DNA of 64,000 nucleotides from an uncultured delta proteobacterium (GTDB lineage: Bacteria; Desulfobacterota; BSN033; UBA1163). Location: contig CAVXWK010000001.1 of NCBI GenBank assembly GCA_963765435.1, positions 699,294 to 763,293 of the forward strand, given 5' to 3'. The translations under genes and the position numbers were made by a program. Below, one piece after another: positions 60,126 to 64,000 of the stretch. How positions within the stretch are numbered: position 1 is the first letter of the stretch; every line of letters starts with the position of its first letter. Under the pieces are notes generated by a model. It was not told the origin of the DNA. It saw only the letters and a program-made list of their open reading frames with translations, and made no database searches.

Positions 60126-61598
60126 TCAGGAATATTTCTTTAAAATATGTTGGGCCGCTGCTAATCCGCTAAAGACCTCTCCTCCCAAACCCAGATAGGG
60201 GAAATTCTCCTTTCCAACGAAGTAAACGCCTTTCGACATTCTCACTGGAACCACTCCCTGCCTCCAATTAAAATTGGAAGTGGCCTCGTAAAGAAAGTGT
60301 GGATAAGACCACCTGGGAACATGGTCACTGGCCCATTGGAAATCAACAAACTCGGTGTAATCCTCAAGGTAGGGAAAGAGATGGTATAAATGTCTCATTA
60401 CTCCTTGTTGGTAATCAGCCAGAGGGGTTTGTCCCCATTTTCCCACATCCATCAAGCTTTCAACAGTAAGGGCTCTCTTCCCCTCCGGCGCCCTAGTTTT
60501 GTCCCCTTTTGGGCTAAGGGAAAGGAGCACGACATTGCCATCCTCGTAGGGTTTTCCAAGGTCCAAAATGGAGATAACAAGATTTTCCATGCCAACCGGA
60601 ATCACTTTCTCATGGACCCCTAGGAATAACGGAATCGTCTTATATAACGGTCTGATTTTCTTCTCCCATTTTATGAATTCCTTCCTTCTTTTCCCAAGAA
60701 AGGGTGAACTGCGATGAAGAGGAAAATTAATGACAAGGAATTGAGATCGAAATACGGCAGGGTTTCCTTCCAAGGTCAGGGTGCACTCCTTCCGCCAGCC
60801 GAAATCTATCTGCTTCACTCTGTCGATTTCCTCAACCCTTCCTCCGGCTCGCAAAAATTGATTTAAAATTTCTTTTTCAAGCTTCTCTGCATCGATATCC
60901 GAATTCAATTCGCTCGTCCCATCGAATAAAACCTGAGTGGCTAAGGAGAGAGGAAATCGGTCTGAATAAAAATTCCCCCGGGAGATCAGCTGAAGTTGAA
61001 TGAATTCTCTAAACTCCCTCGAAAACAGACAGAGCTTCTTGTCAACTCCTTCCTCTGGTAGGGGGTCGAATGGAAAAACCTTTGCGATTAAAGAACGCTG
61101 CCGAAACGGGAAAAAGGCGGGCGAATTTTTCTTCCAATTCTCCTTTTGCAAAAGGTGCTGGATTTGACCCAGCTCATCATAAAATGCCTCAATCTGAACG
61201 ACCTCTCCTGGAAATTCCCTCTTCCATTCCCTTTGGCACAAGGAGCGCTGAGGGAAAATGTCAACCCTCGCCTTGGGGAGAACGACTTGAAAGGTGGGCC
61301 TCTGCCTTGATTTGCCTGAAGGTGCCTTGGCCTCCTTGCCATCTTCTCGGGTTCCCATCAACAAAGAGAGGTTTAATGCCTGAGAAATTTTTCTAACCAG
61401 GTTCGGCTTTAAAGAGTTTTCTGAAAAGTTTGAGAAAGGGATGAAATGGTATCCCCTTGTCGAATAGGAGGGTTGGTATCCTTTTTCTCTGATCAATAAC
61501 ACAGAACGATTATTTTTTGAGAGGAGGGTTCCGGCCACCAGACCAGCCAACCCGGAGCCTAATACGATCACCTCTCGCTCATTTCCCAACCATTTCAC
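60126..61598 (-). CDS. NAD(P)/FAD-dependent oxidoreductase (phytoene-dehydrogenase-like), function unknown
   Basis: N-terminal VIVLGSGLAGLVAG Rossmann motif; 490 aa. Confidence 0.55.
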   Translation of the reverse strand: MKWLGNEREVIVLGSGLAGLVAGTLLSKNNRSVLLIREKGYQPSYSTRGYHFIPFSNFSENSLKPNLVRKISQALNLSLLMGTREDGKEAKAPSGKSRQRPTFQVVLPKARVDIFPQRSLCQREWKREFPGEVVQIEAFYDELGQIQHLLQKENWKKNSPAFFPFRQRSLIAKVFPFDPLPEEGVDKKLCLFSREFREFIQLQLISRGNFYSDRFPLSLATQVLFDGTSELNSDIDAEKLEKEILNQFLRAGGRVEEIDRVKQIDFGWRKECTLTLEGNPAVFRSQFLVINFPLHRSSPFLGKRRKEFIKWEKKIRPLYKTIPLFLGVHEKVIPVGMENLVISILDLGKPYEDGNVVLLSLSPKGDKTRAPEGKRALTVESLMDVGKWGQTPLADYQQGVMRHLYHLFPYLEDYTEFVDFQWASDHVPRWSYPHFLYEATSNFNWRQGVVPVRMSKGVYFVGKENFPYLGLGGEVFSGLAAAQHILKKYS

Positions 61599-61721
61599 CG
61601 GGCCTTAAACCCCTCTCCTCGTGACATTGGCCAATACCAATGGACGAATGGTCATGTTAACGGAACAAAACATCATGAGAATGGTGGAGATGACGAAAGC
61701 TAAAACGTTGGAAAATGAAGG

Positions 61722-62774
61722 TCAGGCAAATTCAATCGTCTCTTGTTCCCTTTCTGCTCTTCCCACTTCGCCGATGATAAAGGCTTTCTCGCCAAAGGAA
61801 CGAACCCTGGCTATGATGTCATCGACTTCTTTCGATCGGACGATGAGGATCATTCCAATCCCGTTATTAAAGGTACGGAGCATCTCCTCCTCAGAAATGT
61901 TTCCCATTTCCTTTAGAAAGGAGAAGATTGGAGGGATATCCCATGATCCTTTTCGGACAATCGCCTTGCAGCCCTTAGGGATGATTCGCGGAAGGTTCCC
62001 GGTGATGCCTCCACCCGTGATGTGGGCAATGCCAACAACATTGAAATCTCGTGCGAGGTTGAGGACGGCCTTGACGTAAATTCGAGTCGGTCGGAGCAGC
62101 TCTTCACCCAAAACCTCTCCGATCTCTTCCACGCGTTTTTCCAAGTCTAATTTAAGCTGATCCAGAACCAATTTTCTAACCAACGAAAACCCGTTGCTGT
62201 GAAGACCGCTGGAGGCGATTCCAATCAATCTGTCCCCCACGGTCACCCCCGATCCGTCAATCACTTGGGAATCCTCTACAATGCCTACGGCGAAACCAGC
62301 CAGATCGTATTCTCCTTTTTTATAGAATCCCGGCATTTCAGCCGTCTCACCGCCAATGAGAGAGCATTCGGCCTCAATGCATCCTTTGACAATACCCGAG
62401 ACCACCTTCATCGTTTTTTCAGGGTCCAGTTGAGAGGAAGCAAAATAATCGAGGAGGAAAAGGGGTTTTGCCCCGCTCACCACGATATCATTGACACACA
62501 TGGCCACCAGATCAATCCCGACCGTATCATGGCGATCCATCAAGAAGGCGATCTTCAGCTTCGTCCCTACCCCGTCGGTCGAGGAGACGAGAATCGGCTT
62601 CTTATAGCGTTCCAAATTGAGAGAGACACACCCCGCAAAACCGCCAATCTTGGTCAATACCTCAGGCCGGAATGTAGATTCCACCATCGGTTTGATCGCC
62701 TGAACAAAGGCATCTCCCTTTTCAATATCAACCCCTGCGTCTCGATAGGACCACTTCTTCATCGTTCTCCTCAT
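61722..62774 (-). CDS. purM: phosphoribosylformylglycinamidine cyclo-ligase
   Basis: YRDAGVDIEKG, AIR-synthase N/C domains. Confidence 0.9.
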   Translation of the reverse strand: MRRTMKKWSYRDAGVDIEKGDAFVQAIKPMVESTFRPEVLTKIGGFAGCVSLNLERYKKPILVSSTDGVGTKLKIAFLMDRHDTVGIDLVAMCVNDIVVSGAKPLFLLDYFASSQLDPEKTMKVVSGIVKGCIEAECSLIGGETAEMPGFYKKGEYDLAGFAVGIVEDSQVIDGSGVTVGDRLIGIASSGLHSNGFSLVRKLVLDQLKLDLEKRVEEIGEVLGEELLRPTRIYVKAVLNLARDFNVVGIAHITGGGITGNLPRIIPKGCKAIVRKGSWDIPPIFSFLKEMGNISEEEMLRTFNNGIGMILIVRSKEVDDIIARVRSFGEKAFIIGEVGRAEREQETIEFA

Positions 62775-63362
62775 CAGAAGCAGAATGTTTTTACATTAAT
62801 CGATACCCTCTAAAATGTCAACCCTTTGACCTGAGCGTGTTGACCTAAGCCCTTTGACCTAAGCGAGAGAGGGTCTTAATCCATTTGCCTCCGTTTCGGA
62901 AGAGCCTGCCCTTCTCTCCGGAAAGGGGCAGAGTCGAGGGATTATCGGATAGCATGCGTTTTGAGCGTGCCTATGGAGAACCTTGCCGCGGTTCTTAAAG
63001 TTGCTTGCACAAAAGAACTATTGGGGTTTATTCATCTTTTATATTTTTTAAGACAGATTTTCTCTTGACAAAAAATCAATGTTTTGTTATTTGATAAAAA
63101 TAGCATTGGGTGGGATTTCGTTCTAATTTAAAATCCTCTCCTCATTCACAAAAAATTGGAAAAATTATCGTTCGGACTCTTTGCCAAGAGACGGAAACAA
63201 ATCCCATAAGGGTGAGGGTATTCATTCTTTGTTTAGTAAACGAACGGCCACAAACTGGAAAACCGCCCTTCCCTCCATCTATTTTTTCTTCCCTCTTAGG
63301 ATCAAGAAAATCTCTCAGGAACCGCCGGGCACAAGCCGCACCGCATCGGCAAGGAGCGCTTA

Positions 63363-64000
63363 ATGGTCGTCGCCAAAGAAGTTCAACTTCAAGTCAAAAA
63401 CCTTTATATGGCTTTCGGAGGTATCCAGGCCCTGACGGATGTAAACCTGGAGGTAAAGAAAGGTGAGATTTTTTCCATCATTGGACCTAATGGAGCTGGC
63501 AAGACAGTCCTCCTGAATTGCATCAATGGCCTTTACCATCCCCAAAGAGGCCGAATTGAATTTGAAGGAAAGGATATCACTCGATTGAGGCCCTATCAAA
63601 GGGCGAAGATGGGAATCTCAAGGACGTTCCAAAAGCTTGAACTCTTTAAAGGGGCAACCGTGCTCGATAACATCCGACTGGGTCGTCATATTCATCTCAC
63701 GTCAGGATTGATCAGCAGTTCCATTTATTTTGGGAAAACGGCTCGGGAGGAAATTGAGCATCGGGATTTCATTGAGAGGGAGATCATCGATCTTCTGGAG
63801 ATAGAGTCTATCCGCGATAAGATGGTGGGGATGCTTCCCTACGGACTTCAAAAGCGGGTCGAATTGGCACGTGCCCTGGCACTCAACCCTAAGATCATTC
63901 TACTGGATGAACCGCTTGCAGGTCTGAATTTAGAAGAAGTTGAGGATATGGCTCGATTTATTTTGGATATTAACGAAGAAGAGCGCTGGCAGGCGACCTG
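63363..64000 (+). CDS. ABC transporter ATP-binding protein (LivG-like), 3'-partial
   Basis: Walker A GPNGAGKT, ABC signature LPYGLQKRVELARAL, Walker B ILLDEP; runs off window end. Confidence 0.8.
   Translation, partial: MVVAKEVQLQVKNLYMAFGGIQALTDVNLEVKKGEIFSIIGPNGAGKTVLLNCINGLYHPQRGRIEFEGKDITRLRPYQRAKMGISRTFQKLELFKGATVLDNIRLGRHIHLTSGLISSSIYFGKTAREEIEHRDFIEREIIDLLEIESIRDKMVGMLPYGLQKRVELARALALNPKIILLDEPLAGLNLEEVEDMARFILDINEEERWQAT

Noticed and set aside
63110-63466. 118-aa ORF upstream of the ABC gene
   Set aside because: Low-complexity Arg/Ser/Pro-rich translation overlapping the true ABC ATPase start in another frame.

Overview
The window is a roughly 50% GC bacterial chromosome segment. 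Conserved housekeeping operons flank a mosaic accessory region of about 16 kb (roughly 20.8-37.7 kb).

Core genes, mostly on the minus strand:
- An EamA transporter and plsY.
- ilvE and a UDP-xylose-synthase-like gene.
- The riboflavin/nrdR cluster: nusB-ribH-ribBA-ribE-ribD-nrdR, followed by dCMP deaminase and rpiB.
- The fatty-acid cluster yceD-rpmF-plsX-[acyl-CoA dehydrogenase]-fabD-fabG-acpP-fabF. The dehydrogenase sits where fabH normally is.
- A carboxyltransferase subunit and pyrE.
- After the island: pyrB, pyrC and argF.
- ychF, a DAC-domain protein, pth, rplY, prs, tRNA-Gln and ispE.
- A ferredoxin and an Nfu-like gene.
- trxB, ndk, rlmN, mtnP, a Mut7-C-like gene, rsmD and coaD.
- An FAD-dependent oxidoreductase, purM and a partial ABC ATPase gene.

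Accessory region, in order:
- A cluster of tandem hairpin repeats.
- Two N-terminally truncated integron-integrase (intI) remnants, in tandem.
- An AT-rich block carrying a TetR regulator and butyrate-type catabolic genes (thioesterase, 4-hydroxybutyryl-CoA dehydratase family, thiolase). Its 3-hydroxyacyl-CoA dehydrogenase and acyl-CoA dehydrogenase are decayed fragments, and there is a Y1-transposase remnant.
- An integron-cassette-like array (28.0-34.4 kb) of same-strand small genes separated by two families of long attC-like imperfect repeats. The cargo is DUF4160/DUF2442, BrnT/BrnA-like, an SDR, a lone HicB, a flotillin-like protein plus a zinc-ribbon membrane protein, and HigB/HigA.
- An IS5-family element with a 4-bp TTAA target-site duplication.
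- An IS3-family element inserted in-frame into a Yip1-family gene.

Other mobile or repeat elements:
- An IS1380-family element with a 5-bp TATTA target-site duplication lies between nfu and trxB.
- A 227-bp MITE-like element with terminal inverted repeats occurs twice, nearly identical, in inverted orientation. Both copies sit inside CTCTCC/GGAGAG hairpin contexts.
- Several families of short palindromic REP-like repeats.

The best candidate for something new is the decayed integron-like cassette array, particularly its flotillin-like/zinc-ribbon two-gene cassette.
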